A stretch of DNA of 34,273 nucleotides from Chitinophagaceae bacterium (GTDB lineage: Bacteria; Bacteroidota; Bacteroidia; Chitinophagales; Chitinophagaceae). Under the pieces are notes generated by a model that saw only the letters and a list, made by a program, of their open reading frames with translations, made no database searches and was not told the origin of the DNA. The translations under genes and the position numbers were made by a program. The DNA is taken from NCBI GenBank assembly GCA_947463105.1, contig CANHSD010000001.1, positions 1 to 34,273 of the forward strand. Direction: 5' to 3'. Positions 1 through 10,280 of the stretch are shown in pieces. The stretch's first letter is position 1. Each line of letters begins with the position of its first letter.

Positions 1-41
1 AAAAACGGAGAGAGTCTACTTTTTATACAACCTAATTTGAG

Positions 42-49
42 TATATTTG
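42..49 (+). promoter_or_regulatory. Bacteroidota housekeeping -7 promoter box (TATATTTG)
   Basis: Exact TAnnTTTG match 27 nt upstream of the ATG at 77, followed by an A-rich leader. Confidence 0.65.
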
Positions 50-76
50 ATGTTCAAACATTAAAAATACAAAATT

Positions 77-706
77 ATGAACTTGATTGAATCATTGGAA
101 TGGCGTTATGCCACCAAGCGCATGAATGGCGAACAGATACCTGAAGAAAAAATGAACAATATCCTTGACGCGGTTCAGCTGGCACCAAGCTCTTACGGTT
201 TAACTCCTTACACTGTAATTGTGGTACAAGACCCAACAGTGAAGGAAAAACTGTCCCCGCAATGCTACAACCAGCCACAAATAAAAGAATCTTCTGCCCT
301 ATTGATTTTTGCTCCATGGAAAAACATCAATGATGGCCATGTTGACACCTATATGCAGGAAATTGCCACAACAAGGGGTATTCCTGTTGAAGCACTTGTA
401 GATCTAGCCAATAGCATCAAAGGAAAAATAAAGAGCAGTACTCCGGAAGAATTGCATGTTTGGGCTTCAAAGCAGGCCTATATCGCTCTCGGCTTTGGAC
501 TTGCAGCAGCAGCGGTTGAAGCCATTGATTCCACGCCAATGGAAGGATTTAACCCAGCAGGTGTAAATGAGGCATTGGGATTGGAAGCAAAAGGTTTGAG
601 TGCAGTATGTATGCTGGCACTTGGATACAGGGATGCGCCACAAGACTACCTCGCCAATGCTAAAAAGGTAAGAAGAGACAAGGAGAAACTATTCATCACG
701 TTTTAA
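77..706 (+). CDS. Nitroreductase family NAD(P)H-dependent oxidoreductase (NfsB-like)
   Basis: N-terminal WRYATKR, LAPSSYGLTP, DSTPMEGF and C-terminal LALGYR...KVRR motifs typical of the FMN nitroreductase fold. Confidence 0.9.
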   Translation: MNLIESLEWRYATKRMNGEQIPEEKMNNILDAVQLAPSSYGLTPYTVIVVQDPTVKEKLSPQCYNQPQIKESSALLIFAPWKNINDGHVDTYMQEIATTRGIPVEALVDLANSIKGKIKSSTPEELHVWASKQAYIALGFGLAAAAVEAIDSTPMEGFNPAGVNEALGLEAKGLSAVCMLALGYRDAPQDYLANAKKVRRDKEKLFITF

Positions 707-751
707 TGAAGTCGAATTTTACCTTTTGTTGAAAATATCAACCAAAAACTG

Positions 752-783
752 AACCATCTTTCTACAAGATGGTTTAGTTTTTT
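752..783 (+). terminator. Putative intrinsic terminator after the nitroreductase
   Basis: Perfect 9-bp stem AACCATCTT/AAGATGGTT (752-760/766-774) followed by TAGTTTTTT. Confidence 0.55.
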
Positions 784-801
784 AGACCATTAACAACTGA
801 C

Positions 802-3252
802 ATGAAATTCAAACTCTTCTCTGTTCTTTCCCTTTCATTTTTTTTCATTTCTGCATTGAAAGCACAAAATATCCCCCAGGCGCGCATCAGCGGATATGCA
901 ATCGATAAAAATACCCTGAAGCCGATTCCTGGGATATCCATTAAATTGGAATCAACCAATAAAGGAACGACTACAGACTCCACCGGTTTTTTTAGGATTA
1001 CCAATATCACCCCTGGCTCCTACAACATCAGTTTCAGTATCCTTAACTACAATGCCAAAACCATCAACAATGTGGTACTGACTTCTGGTAATGAAACCAC
1101 CCTTTCCATTGAATTGGAGATGGCTGCGAAAAAACTGGATGAGATTGTCATTACGAACAGAAGAAACTCTGCCAGGGCCACAAGCCTGGAGTCTCCTCTG
1201 AGTGTTCAACGCATGACCACCGAAGAAATCAAAAGAAACCCTGGTGGAAACTTCGACATCAGCAAAGTGATCCAATCCCTTCCCGGTGTGGGCGGTGGCG
1301 TTGGTGGAGGTGGCTTCAGAAATGACATCATCATCCGTGGCGGAGCACCCAGTGAAAATGTCTACTACCTTGATGGGATTGAAATCCCCGTCATCAACCA
1401 TTTTGGTACCCAGGGAAGCGGAGGAGGGCCTCAGGGCATCCTCAACGCCAACTTCATTGAGGAAGTCAAGATGAATACCAGTGCATTTGATGCCAGGTAC
1501 GACAATGCACTCAGCAGTGTATTGCAGTTCAAACAAAAATCCGGAAACAATTACAAGACCCAGGGAAATGTCATCCTCAGTGCCACTGAATTGGCCATTA
1601 CCCTGGATGGCCCGCTTTCTAAAAAAACAACTTACCTGGCTTCCATCCGCAGGAGTTACCTTCAACTGTTGTTTGAAGCCATTGATCTTCCGATCAGGCC
1701 CAATTACTGGGATTACCAGTTCAAAACAACCACAAGAATCAATGACAAAACAACCCTGAGCTTCTTGGGCATTGGTGCCATCGATGAATTTAAGTTTGCA
1801 GCACCCAAAGAGGCCAGTGATGAAAAACTCTATGTCATCAACTCCAACCCCATGATCAACCAGTGGAACTATACGGTTGGGGCCAGCCTTAAAAAACTTA
1901 CTACAAATGGGTACTGGAACCTCGCATTGAGCAGGAATACCCTGAACAACCAGGCCGACAAATACGAAGACAACGACAACCCCAGCGATGCCACCAGAAC
2001 CCTGATGACCAACAGTACTGAAACTGAGAACAAGCTCCGATTCGATGCCAGTACAACCGTCAATGGGATAAAACTCAGTTATGGCGCCAGTGCGCAGTAT
2101 GTTGACTTTGACAACAGCTATTTCAATGTTTACAGAAAAGCGGTCAAAAATACAGCAGGTACCACCATTCAGCCAGCCGTGATCATCAACAGTGTCAACA
2201 AAGTTGATTTCCTTAAATATGGTGCTTTTGTGCAACTGAGCAAAAGAATCATGAACGAAAGGATGGCCATCAGCCTTGGAACCCGCATCGATGGAAACTC
2301 CCTGGGCAACAGTGAGGCCAACCCGTTCAAACAATTCTCCCCTCGCCTTTCCTTGAGTTATGCAGCCACAAGCAAGACCAACCTGAATGCCAGCATTGGC
2401 CAATACCATAAACTTCCTGCTTACACCCAACTGGCTTTCAGCAATCCGCTGATCTCAACGGTCAGCTCAAATCCTGGCCAATACATCAGCAGTACCCATT
2501 ATGTTGCTGGCATTGAACACATGCCCAGCAGTTCTCTCCGGTTCACGCTGGAAGGATTCTACAAAGGATATGCCAACTATCCCATCAGTTTGCTGGATGG
2601 CGTGAGCCTCGCCAACAAGGGCACAGAGTTTGGCAGCATTGGCAATGAGCCGATCAGCCAGGCTGGAAAAGGCAAGGCCTACGGTATTGAATTCCTGGCA
2701 CAAAAGAAATTGACCAAGCGTTTCTTTGGTATCCTGAGCTATACTTTCTACCATTCAACGTTCACCAACCAAAAGAACGAATACATCCCTGCCAGCTGGG
2801 ACAACCGCCATCTGGTCAGCCTTACCTGGGGCTACAAGTTCAAAAGGAACTGGGAACTTGGCCTGAAGTTCAGGTACCAGGGTGCTGCTCCCTATACTCC
2901 TTTCGACATGACCGCATCCCGGTTGAATTATCTCACACAAGGAACGGGCTTACTGGACAACAGAAACTACAACTCACTCAGGCTGGATGCTTTCCATGCC
3001 AGCGATGTGAGGATAGACAAAAAATGGAATTTCAACTCCTTTACACTCGATCTTTATCTTGATGTCACCAATTGGTATGTAGCCAAAACACCTGGTACAG
3101 CACAATATACTTTCAAAAGGAATGGTACTGCAGGGTTCGCAACCACCGATGGAAATCCAATCAGGATGGATGGAAGCAACGCCATACCCTTGCTGCTGGA
3201 AAACAATGATGCCTTCTCCACACCAAGTTTTGGCTTTATTGTTGAGTTCTAG
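802..3252 (+). CDS. TonB-dependent outer membrane receptor with N-terminal carboxypeptidase-regulatory-like domain
   Basis: Signal peptide ending ALKA|Q; GTTTDSTGFF domain; LDEIVIT; plug motifs SLPGV, IIIRGG, YYLDGIEIP; beta-barrel with C-terminal Phe (FIVEF). Substrate unknown. Confidence 0.9.
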   Translation: MKFKLFSVLSLSFFFISALKAQNIPQARISGYAIDKNTLKPIPGISIKLESTNKGTTTDSTGFFRITNITPGSYNISFSILNYNAKTINNVVLTSGNETTLSIELEMAAKKLDEIVITNRRNSARATSLESPLSVQRMTTEEIKRNPGGNFDISKVIQSLPGVGGGVGGGGFRNDIIIRGGAPSENVYYLDGIEIPVINHFGTQGSGGGPQGILNANFIEEVKMNTSAFDARYDNALSSVLQFKQKSGNNYKTQGNVILSATELAITLDGPLSKKTTYLASIRRSYLQLLFEAIDLPIRPNYWDYQFKTTTRINDKTTLSFLGIGAIDEFKFAAPKEASDEKLYVINSNPMINQWNYTVGASLKKLTTNGYWNLALSRNTLNNQADKYEDNDNPSDATRTLMTNSTETENKLRFDASTTVNGIKLSYGASAQYVDFDNSYFNVYRKAVKNTAGTTIQPAVIINSVNKVDFLKYGAFVQLSKRIMNERMAISLGTRIDGNSLGNSEANPFKQFSPRLSLSYAATSKTNLNASIGQYHKLPAYTQLAFSNPLISTVSSNPGQYISSTHYVAGIEHMPSSSLRFTLEGFYKGYANYPISLLDGVSLANKGTEFGSIGNEPISQAGKGKAYGIEFLAQKKLTKRFFGILSYTFYHSTFTNQKNEYIPASWDNRHLVSLTWGYKFKRNWELGLKFRYQGAAPYTPFDMTASRLNYLTQGTGLLDNRNYNSLRLDAFHASDVRIDKKWNFNSFTLDLYLDVTNWYVAKTPGTAQYTFKRNGTAGFATTDGNPIRMDGSNAIPLLLENNDAFSTPSFGFIVEF

Positions 3253-6038
3253 TTGGAAAGCAGATCGATGGGCATGATGAATTCCCATCGGTTTGGATTC
3301 GGAGGTTTTACAAACATTTTTGTATCCAGCAACCTGCTGTACCGCAGTCCGAAGGTCACGTTCTGTTGATTCCACCATTTGGTATCAAAGTAAATCTCCG
3401 TTCCTGCACTCCTGAAGTTGATGGTCTTTCCTGTTCTCAGACTCTTCAGGTGCATGTCGTCAAAAAAGAAATTGCTCCTGGCCCTCAAGAAATAGACAAT
3501 GTTGCCGATACCGAGGTCGGGATAGAGCAAAGGCATGTGGTAATTGAAGGATGTTCGCCACATGCGGGGATAATCAATGGCATCATAACCCCTGGCCATA
3601 GCAAACCCATTCGAAAATGAATACTGCCTTAGCGTGTCCCGCATCTGGTAATTGAAACCCAGTACCAGTGAATGGTTGCGCCCAACACCTGGCAAATACA
3701 ATTGTGAACCCCAAAACAACTGGTTGGCACTGGTGTTTCCAAGGGCCATCCTGCTCTGCAACCGGGTCATAAATGCGAAACGGGGATAGATTTGCTGGAC
3801 AGCCTGCTGGGTTTGCATGGACCAGCTGACCTGGTGCTGCAGATAGGGAATGAACCTGTCTTTGAGTGAAACAGTATTTTTATTATCATAGTCAACTGAT
3901 ACAGCATGGATTCTTGTAGAAAGGTCGAGCTGCTTGTACAACTTTCCAGCAGTGAAATTAAGGGGTAACCTCAAGCCAATATTACCGGTCCACTCATTCC
4001 AGCGAGTCAACCTGCTGCTGTCCTTGAAAGTTCTGTTCATGGTATAATTGGTTCCTCCGGTAATCCAGGGATAAAGCCCTCCATACGCCAAGTTCACACC
4101 CACCCGATGAGACCCCTCGTTTTCATTGTAAAGGTATTCGTAGGAGGAAACCATCGTATTCAGCAGGTTCTGCCCATAGAGGGAAAAGCTCCATTCGGGT
4201 TGCTCATAAAAAGGCCTCCAGGAATGAATCCGGAACAGACCCTCAGCCTTTTTATAATCAGAAATGGGATCAGTGGAAGCTTTGACACCGGCCATCAGGT
4301 CAGCTTCACTTGCTTTTTTCAGTGGATGGATATTGGCCTCCGTAAAGTGATAATCAGCACTATACACCTGCTCACCCTCTGCTGAAGGACTGCTGTAAAC
4401 AATTTTTCTACCATCCTCATGGATGTCTCCGGCATAAGATCCTGTAACCCCTTCTGCCAGGACGCCGGTTTTTCCAGACACCAGATCATGCTCCCAAAAC
4501 TGGTTGGTCTGACCCTGGGAAACAGTAAACACAAGCTTGTTTCCCCTGAGCCGGAGGAAAGACATGGGTGCATTGGTATACGGCAATACTTCCGAAAAGG
4601 AACCACTGTTCAAATCCAATCGCATCAGGGCCGATGTACCATTGTCTTTTCTAGAAATAACATAAACAATTGAATCCGAATGATTAAAAATAGGATAGCT
4701 AAAGTATAAACCGGAAACATTTTCAAATCTTTTCACCCTTTCACCGGTTTCCCGTTTGATCAAATCTAGGCTGGTTTTACCCCCCGGCGCAATATCTACC
4801 GCAATCAACTGCTGCCCATCATTGGACAAATCCGGAGAAAAATACCTCTTGCCCTTGGTAACACGCTGCGATGTTCGGTCATGAATATTGTACAGGGTGA
4901 TGTCACTGCTTTCCTTCCATTGCCACCTGGGATCAGGTGAATATGCGGCATAGACAATAATCCCCCTTTTATAGGTATAATAATCATCCACACCGATGTT
5001 CTTGACCCCCAATCTTGACAATTTACCTTGGTTAAAAATCACCCAATGGGGCAATTGGTTGTAGGCCTTGCGGAGGGCAAGGATAGAATCCCCTCCGAGC
5101 CAAATGGGAAAATGATGATCAACCACCCTTTTGGTATCCAACTTATTGATCATTAGAACCGAGGGATGATTTGCCACTACAGGCATTTTTGACTGAAACG
5201 AATCGATCGCATGCTTTACAAAAGCATTGAATTTGAGACCAGTATGCCTTTTGATGGCAGATTGGAGTGGATAAATCAGCCCCTTGAACCTGGCAGCATC
5301 ATCCGTAACCTTTGCCCAAAAGCCATCCCCATGCCTGCCATACCCATAGGCAACCAGCAGATAACCCAATGCATAATGATTGGGAACCAGGTCTTTCATC
5401 GAACCACTTCTCAGCTTCTGATAGCCATATTTCTTATTGGCCAGCCAAAGACTGCGGAAAGGATCATAAAAACCAGGGAGCCTGCCCCGACCCTGGCTGA
5501 GGTATTTTGTTTCAGTATAAACAGCATCACCTTCAAAAAACCAGTCCGGAACAGATGCGGAGTTGGCCAAGGTCTGACCTTCCTGCCCTGCAATCAGGTA
5601 GGCAAATTTTGAAAGGCCTTTACGGAAATTGGCATATTGATGCACATGCCTGTATTCATGAACGCTCAAATTGTCAAGCCAACTGGTTGAACCCAGGTTC
5701 AGGGCATCCTGAGGAGGAAACAAAAAGAATTCACTCCTCCAGGGGCCTAGTCCAACATAGGCATTTGAAACAGTGGGAAGTGTTTGTAGCACAATGGGTA
5801 TCCGCAAACTGGCATTTCCCAACCGACCAGAAGACTGGTTTTCCAACATCCGGGTAATTGCATTGACACGCATAGCAGCACTATCCGATCCATGGGGAAA
5901 GACTATTTCTGCAGCAGCTCCCCTAATTTTTTTCCATTTAACTGAAGAGGGATTGGCCCCGAATCGTTGACCATAGGTAGAAATGGAAACAGAAAAGATA
6001 AAAACTATTGATAAAGTCAATTTATAAATAAAACCCAT
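3249..6038 (-). CDS. Secreted/outer-membrane protein: HExxH zinc-metallopeptidase-like domain + TolB-like propeller + predicted C-terminal beta-barrel
   Basis: Signal peptide TYG|Q; HEYRH followed by WFFEGDAV (gluzincin-type third ligand); YFSPDLSNDGQQL PD40-like repeat; aromatic alternating strands in the last ~330 aa. Confidence 0.65.
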   Translation of the reverse strand: MGFIYKLTLSIVFIFSVSISTYGQRFGANPSSVKWKKIRGAAAEIVFPHGSDSAAMRVNAITRMLENQSSGRLGNASLRIPIVLQTLPTVSNAYVGLGPWRSEFFLFPPQDALNLGSTSWLDNLSVHEYRHVHQYANFRKGLSKFAYLIAGQEGQTLANSASVPDWFFEGDAVYTETKYLSQGRGRLPGFYDPFRSLWLANKKYGYQKLRSGSMKDLVPNHYALGYLLVAYGYGRHGDGFWAKVTDDAARFKGLIYPLQSAIKRHTGLKFNAFVKHAIDSFQSKMPVVANHPSVLMINKLDTKRVVDHHFPIWLGGDSILALRKAYNQLPHWVIFNQGKLSRLGVKNIGVDDYYTYKRGIIVYAAYSPDPRWQWKESSDITLYNIHDRTSQRVTKGKRYFSPDLSNDGQQLIAVDIAPGGKTSLDLIKRETGERVKRFENVSGLYFSYPIFNHSDSIVYVISRKDNGTSALMRLDLNSGSFSEVLPYTNAPMSFLRLRGNKLVFTVSQGQTNQFWEHDLVSGKTGVLAEGVTGSYAGDIHEDGRKIVYSSPSAEGEQVYSADYHFTEANIHPLKKASEADLMAGVKASTDPISDYKKAEGLFRIHSWRPFYEQPEWSFSLYGQNLLNTMVSSYEYLYNENEGSHRVGVNLAYGGLYPWITGGTNYTMNRTFKDSSRLTRWNEWTGNIGLRLPLNFTAGKLYKQLDLSTRIHAVSVDYDNKNTVSLKDRFIPYLQHQVSWSMQTQQAVQQIYPRFAFMTRLQSRMALGNTSANQLFWGSQLYLPGVGRNHSLVLGFNYQMRDTLRQYSFSNGFAMARGYDAIDYPRMWRTSFNYHMPLLYPDLGIGNIVYFLRARSNFFFDDMHLKSLRTGKTINFRSAGTEIYFDTKWWNQQNVTFGLRYSRLLDTKMFVKPPNPNRWEFIMPIDLLSN

Positions 6039-6178
6039 AATAAATTGATTTATATATAGTTAATTGATTTAATTATTAAAAATAAATAAGTAATTCTATC
6101 TCAACCTTCACTAACGCATCAAGTTTGCCTAAACTAAATTATAGAACAATCTGGTTCCAAAAGCAATAAGTTTTTAAC

Positions 6179-6200
6179 TTCATGAAAATCATTTCATGAA
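6179..6200. promoter_or_regulatory. Perfect 9-4-9 palindrome over the prsW start (operator-like)
   Basis: TTCATGAAA-ATCA-TTTCATGAA; overlaps a variant -7 box TAACTTCA (6175-6182) and the ATG at 6196. Confidence 0.35.
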
Positions 6201-6942
6201 CTGGCTCATTTTGGCCATTGCCCCCGGAGTGGCAATTTCAGCATATATCATTTTCAAGGATCAGTACAACAGAGAGCCCAGAAGACATCTCATCATCAGC
6301 TTCCTGCTTGGAATGCTCAGCGTTTTGCCAGCTTTAGGCATGGAAATCGCTGCGGCCTTCTTCCCATCAATTTTCCCTGCTTTCTTCAAAACTACCACCG
6401 GAATAGCCATAAATGCCTATTTTTTTGTGGCATTACCCGAAGAAATGTGCAAGTTTTTGATGCTGCTATGGTATGCGTACCGAAAAAGGGAGTTTGACGA
6501 GCCTTTTGATGGAATCGTATATGCCGTAATGGTGGGGATGGGATTTGCTACTGTTGAAAACATCGCTTATGTCAGCCAAAATGGATTGATGACCGGCATC
6601 ATGCGCATGTTTCTGGCTGTTCCCGCCCACGCCAGTTTTGCCATAATTATGGGTTATTTCATGGGAAAAGCACGTTTTTCAGTCCAAAAAGAACGTTTTT
6701 TACTGTTTTTTGGTGTTTTTTGGGCGATTGTCTTTCATGGTAGTTATGATTTTTTCCTGTTCCTGCAAGAAAGCCATAGAACTAGCACCGACAATGCCAG
6801 CTTGCTGATGTTCTTTGGAGCAATGGTTTCGCTGGTAACTGGCATAATTCTGTCCAAAAAAGCTATCAAAGAACATCTAAAAATATCAGCCTTACAAAAT
6901 ATAAACCAATATCATGTTGAAGATAACCAAAGTATCACTTGA
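6196..6942 (+). CDS. prsW: PrsW family intramembrane glutamic/metalloprotease
   Basis: Multi-TM protein with EExxK (EEMCK), GFATVEN, PAH and FHGSYD family motifs. Confidence 0.88.
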   Translation: MNWLILAIAPGVAISAYIIFKDQYNREPRRHLIISFLLGMLSVLPALGMEIAAAFFPSIFPAFFKTTTGIAINAYFFVALPEEMCKFLMLLWYAYRKREFDEPFDGIVYAVMVGMGFATVENIAYVSQNGLMTGIMRMFLAVPAHASFAIIMGYFMGKARFSVQKERFLLFFGVFWAIVFHGSYDFFLFLQESHRTSTDNASLLMFFGAMVSLVTGIILSKKAIKEHLKISALQNINQYHVEDNQSIT

Positions 6943-7429
6943 GTCAATTCCAACAATCAGAAGACTGAGCGAAGAGATATGGTACCAAGTCTATCCCTCG
7001 GTTGTTCCCATGGCTCAAATTGAATTCTTGCTTAACACCTGGTACAGCTCAGAAGCCCTTGCCCAACAAATCGAAATTTCAGGCCACCACTTTATTTTGG
7101 TTGAATGGAATGACCAAACTGTTGGCTATGCCTCCTACTCCATGAAAATAGCCAATCAGCCTGAACGGTTCAGGGTGCACAAGCTCTATCTGCAACCCGC
7201 CATGCATGGAAAAGGCATTGGCAGGGCCATGTTAAAATTCATCGCAGCAGAAAGCATGCCCCTGGGATGCAAAGAACTTGAGTTGAATGTGCACAAAAGA
7301 AATCCAGCCGTTGGGTTCTACCAGCATGTGGGGTTTGCCATTGAACAGGATATAGTCACTGTCATAGAACATGGTCATGTTCTGGATGATTATATCATGA
7401 CGCTTGACCTCACGAAAAATCCTCTCTGA
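6914..7429 (+). CDS. GNAT family N-acetyltransferase
   Basis: [14 protein letters not shown] acetyl-CoA motif A; [13 protein letters not shown] motif B; overlaps prsW by 29 bp. Confidence 0.88.
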   Translation: MLKITKVSLESIPTIRRLSEEIWYQVYPSVVPMAQIEFLLNTWYSSEALAQQIEISGHHFILVEWNDQTVGYASYSMKIANQPERFRVHKLYLQPAMHGKGIGRAMLKFIAAESMPLGCKELELNVHKRNPAVGFYQHVGFAIEQDIVTVIEHGHVLDDYIMTLDLTKNPL

Positions 7430-7453
7430 TGAAGGTTTTTATCCAATAAAAGT

Positions 7454-7461
7454 TAACTTTG
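7454..7461 (+). promoter_or_regulatory. -7 promoter box for ahcY (TAACTTTG)
   Basis: Exact TAnnTTTG 17 nt upstream of ATG 7479. Confidence 0.7.
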
Positions 7462-7478
7462 CGCAAAATTTACATTAC

Positions 7479-8801
7479 ATGTCAACTACCGCACAACTCG
7501 ACTTTGCATTACCGTACAAGGTTAAGGATATTACCCTCGCAGAATGGGGAAGAAAAGAAATCAGGCTCGCTGAGGCAGAAATGCCCGGTTTGATGGCCCT
7601 TCGGGAAGAGTATGGCGCCTCTCAGCCATTGAAAGGCGCGAGGGTTGCGGGTTGTCTGCACATGACCATTCAAACTGCCGTATTGATCGAGACCTTGGTT
7701 GCCCTGGGCGCTGAGGTGAAATGGAGCTCTTGTAATATCTTCTCTACCCAAGACCATGCCGCTGCTGCGATTGCTGCTGCAGGTATCGGTGTTTTTGCCT
7801 GGAAAGGACAAAGCATCGAGGAAGCGGATTGGTGTATCGAACAAACCCTGTTTTTTGGCAGCAGCGACAAGCCATTGAACATGATCCTAGATGATGGCGG
7901 AGACCTGACCAACATGGTACTGGACCAGTTCCCTGATCTGATTCCTCATGTCAAAGGAATCTCTGAAGAAACCACTACCGGTGTTCACAGGTTGTATGAG
8001 CGCGTAGCAAAAGGCACATTGCCGATGCCCGCGATCAACGTCAATGACTCAGTTACCAAATCAAAGTTTGACAACAAATACGGCTGTAAGGAATCATTGG
8101 TGGATGCCATCAGAAGGGCAACTGACGTGATGATGGCGGGTAAGGTAGCCGTTGTTGGAGGTTATGGTGATGTGGGTAAAGGTTCAGCGGCTTCTCTTTT
8201 AGGAGCCGGATGCCGGGTAATTGTTACCGAGATTGATCCGATTTGTGCTCTTCAGGCCGCCATGGATGGCTTTGAAGTGAAAAAAATGATCGATGCGGTC
8301 AAAGAAGCTGACATCGTGGTTACCGCCTCTGGCTGTCGCGACCTGATCACAGGCGCCCATTTCAAGGCCATGAAAGACAAGGTCATTGTTTGTAACATTG
8401 GACATTTTGACATTGAAATTGATGTTGCCTGGTTGAATACCAACTATGGTGATACAAAAGATACCATCAAGCCACAGGTTGATATTTACAATGTGGACGG
8501 AAAAGACATCATTCTGTTGGCAGAAGGCCGCCTGGTCAACCTTGGTTGTGCCACAGGTCATCCAAGCTTTGTGATGAGCAACTCATTCACCAACCAGACC
8601 CTGGCACAGATCGAACTTTGGACAAACAATGCCCAGTACGATAAAAACGTTTATGTTTTGCCCAAGCACCTGGACGAGAAAGTTGCCATGTTGCATCTTT
8701 CTAAAATTGGTGTGGTCCTGGATGAACTGACTACCGAGCAGGCGGACTATCTTGGTATCGCCAAGAGCGGTCCGTTTAAGGCGGAGCACTATAGGTACTA
8801 A
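7479..8801 (+). CDS. ahcY: Adenosylhomocysteinase (SAH hydrolase)
   Basis: [59 protein letters not shown]-terminal HYRY; start moved to ATG 7479, downstream of the -7 box. Confidence 0.97.
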   Translation: MSTTAQLDFALPYKVKDITLAEWGRKEIRLAEAEMPGLMALREEYGASQPLKGARVAGCLHMTIQTAVLIETLVALGAEVKWSSCNIFSTQDHAAAAIAAAGIGVFAWKGQSIEEADWCIEQTLFFGSSDKPLNMILDDGGDLTNMVLDQFPDLIPHVKGISEETTTGVHRLYERVAKGTLPMPAINVNDSVTKSKFDNKYGCKESLVDAIRRATDVMMAGKVAVVGGYGDVGKGSAASLLGAGCRVIVTEIDPICALQAAMDGFEVKKMIDAVKEADIVVTASGCRDLITGAHFKAMKDKVIVCNIGHFDIEIDVAWLNTNYGDTKDTIKPQVDIYNVDGKDIILLAEGRLVNLGCATGHPSFVMSNSFTNQTLAQIELWTNNAQYDKNVYVLPKHLDEKVAMLHLSKIGVVLDELTTEQADYLGIAKSGPFKAEHYRY

Positions 8802-8806
8802 TATTT

Positions 8807-8959
8807 GTTTAGAGCGGTTGAGAGAATTTGAGCTTGCCAACCGGAGGTTGGGGAGGTTGAACCTGTTTTTCTAAAGGCAGATGGGTTCAGCCTCTTTCAC
8901 TTTCTCTATACATCCCTAAACCTCCCTCAACCACTTCACCCCCCTCAACCCCTTCAACC
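8807..8959. repeat. Composite intergenic repeat, copy 1 (inverted 9-mer arrays around a palindromic core)
   Basis: GGTTGA-type 9-mers on the left; CCCTCAACC/CCTTCAACC 9-mers at 8914-8959; core 8828-8851 is 22/24 identical to 30624-30647; stem 8853-8866/8881-8894 may terminate ahcY. Confidence 0.75.
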
Positions 8960-8963
8960 TCAT

Positions 8964-9683
8964 ATGCCCCGCCTTTCCGTCAACATCAACAAAATAGCCA
9001 CCATCAGGAACAGCAGGGGCGGAAACAACCCAGACCTGATCAAGGTTGCTTTGGATGCTGAGCAGTTTGGCGCTGAGGGTATCACGGTTCATCCAAGACC
9101 AGACGAAAGACATATCCGCTACGCGGATGTAAGGGAGCTCAAGAAGGTGCTCACCACAGAGTTCAACATTGAAGGGAATTGCAGAGAGGAGAAATTTGTT
9201 CAGCTGGTACTTGAGGTAAAGCCAGATCAGGTTACCCTGGTTCCCGATGCGGAAGGCCAGTTGACATCAGATCATGGATGGGATACGGTCAGACACCGGG
9301 ATTACCTCACAGCAATGATTGGTATTTTCAAGTCAGCCGGCATCAGGACCAGTATTTTCTGTGATCCCGACCCAGCCATGGTAACAGGTGCTGCACTCAC
9401 TGGCACAGACAGGATCGAGCTCTACACTGAATCCTATGCCCATCATTTCAAAACCGACAGGGTATCCGCCATCGCCCCTTATGTTACAGCAGCCGAAACA
9501 GCAAAGGCGTTGGGCATGGGAATCAATGCCGGCCATGACCTCGACCTTGACAACCTTCATTACCTGGTCCAGGAGATTCCTTTTATCGATGAAGTAAGCA
9601 TTGGGCATGCACTTGTCTGCGATGCACTATATTTGGGTCTTGAAAATACCATCCAACTGTACCGACGGCAGTTGATCCATTGA
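8964..9683 (+). CDS. pdxJ: Pyridoxine 5'-phosphate synthase
   Basis: [54 protein letters not shown]. Confidence 0.96.
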   Translation: MPRLSVNINKIATIRNSRGGNNPDLIKVALDAEQFGAEGITVHPRPDERHIRYADVRELKKVLTTEFNIEGNCREEKFVQLVLEVKPDQVTLVPDAEGQLTSDHGWDTVRHRDYLTAMIGIFKSAGIRTSIFCDPDPAMVTGAALTGTDRIELYTESYAHHFKTDRVSAIAPYVTAAETAKALGMGINAGHDLDLDNLHYLVQEIPFIDEVSIGHALVCDALYLGLENTIQLYRRQLIH

Positions 9684-9721
9684 ACCAATCAAATTTCAAA
9701 ACGTTATTAAAAAAAAAGCAC

Positions 9722-10228
9722 ATGAAACATCTACTCTACGCAACAATGTTCCTCTTGTTTTCTTCCTTCAGCATTTCCTTGCTGGCGCAAAATGCAAAAC
9801 CCAGCCCAGCTGTAACAGCTACAGGAAAAGCGGGCGATGCTAAAGTCACCATCAATTATGGCGCTCCTTCTGTCAAAGGCAGAAAGATTTGGGGAGAATT
9901 GGTTCCTTTCGGAAAAGTTTGGAGAACTGGCGCCAATGACGCCACCACATTTGAAATTGATGCAGATGTTAAGATAGAAGGACAGGCCCTGGCCAAAGGA
10001 AAGTATGCCTTGTTCACGATTCCTGAAGAAAACGAGTGGACCATCATTTTCAACAAAAACCCAAAGCAATGGGGTTCATACAGCTACAAGCAAGACGAGG
10101 ATGTACTGAGGGTAAAAGTGAAGCCTGGTAAATCATCTTCCTTCAATGAAAAACTGGCTTTTGAAGTTGCCGGAAACAAGGTTTTCATCCGTTGGGAAAA
10201 TGCAGAAGTTGCGTTCAAAGTGAAATAA
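9722..10228 (+). CDS. DUF2911 domain secreted protein
   Basis: Signal peptide LLA|Q; PSP...YGAPSVKGRKIWGELVPFGKVWRTGAN signature; ATG 9722 preferred over TTG 9680. Confidence 0.85.
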   Translation: MKHLLYATMFLLFSSFSISLLAQNAKPSPAVTATGKAGDAKVTINYGAPSVKGRKIWGELVPFGKVWRTGANDATTFEIDADVKIEGQALAKGKYALFTIPEENEWTIIFNKNPKQWGSYSYKQDEDVLRVKVKPGKSSSFNEKLAFEVAGNKVFIRWENAEVAFKVK

Positions 10229-10249
10229 GCAATCTGCCAATATCATTTG

Positions 10250-10280
10250 AGGCATTCCAATCTTTTGGAATGCCTTTTTT
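10250..10280 (+). terminator. Intrinsic terminator between the convergent DUF2911 and esterase genes
   Basis: Perfect 11-bp stem AGGCATTCCAA/TTGGAATGCCT with 4-nt loop and a T-run. Confidence 0.85.

Noticed and set aside
725-748. Imperfect inverted repeat TTTTGTTGA...TCAACCAAAA upstream of the TonB receptor as a Fur box
   Set aside because: Poor match to the Fur consensus, AT-rich, and upstream of the likely terminator.
952-2430. 492-aa antisense ORF inside the TonB-dependent receptor
   Set aside because: Lies wholly opposite a well-supported gene, has no recognisable motifs, and is explained by codon bias of the sense gene.
6043-6071. AATTGATTTA direct repeat with 19-bp period
   Set aside because: Expected by chance in an extremely AT-rich spacer.
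7430-7478. SAH/SAM riboswitch upstream of ahcY
   Set aside because: The -7 box is only 17 nt from the ATG, leaving no room for an aptamer.
8807-8959. Possible CRISPR array or riboswitch in the ahcY-pdxJ spacer
   Set aside because: Repeats are 9-mers without unique spacers, no cas genes are present, and no riboswitch consensus was recognised.
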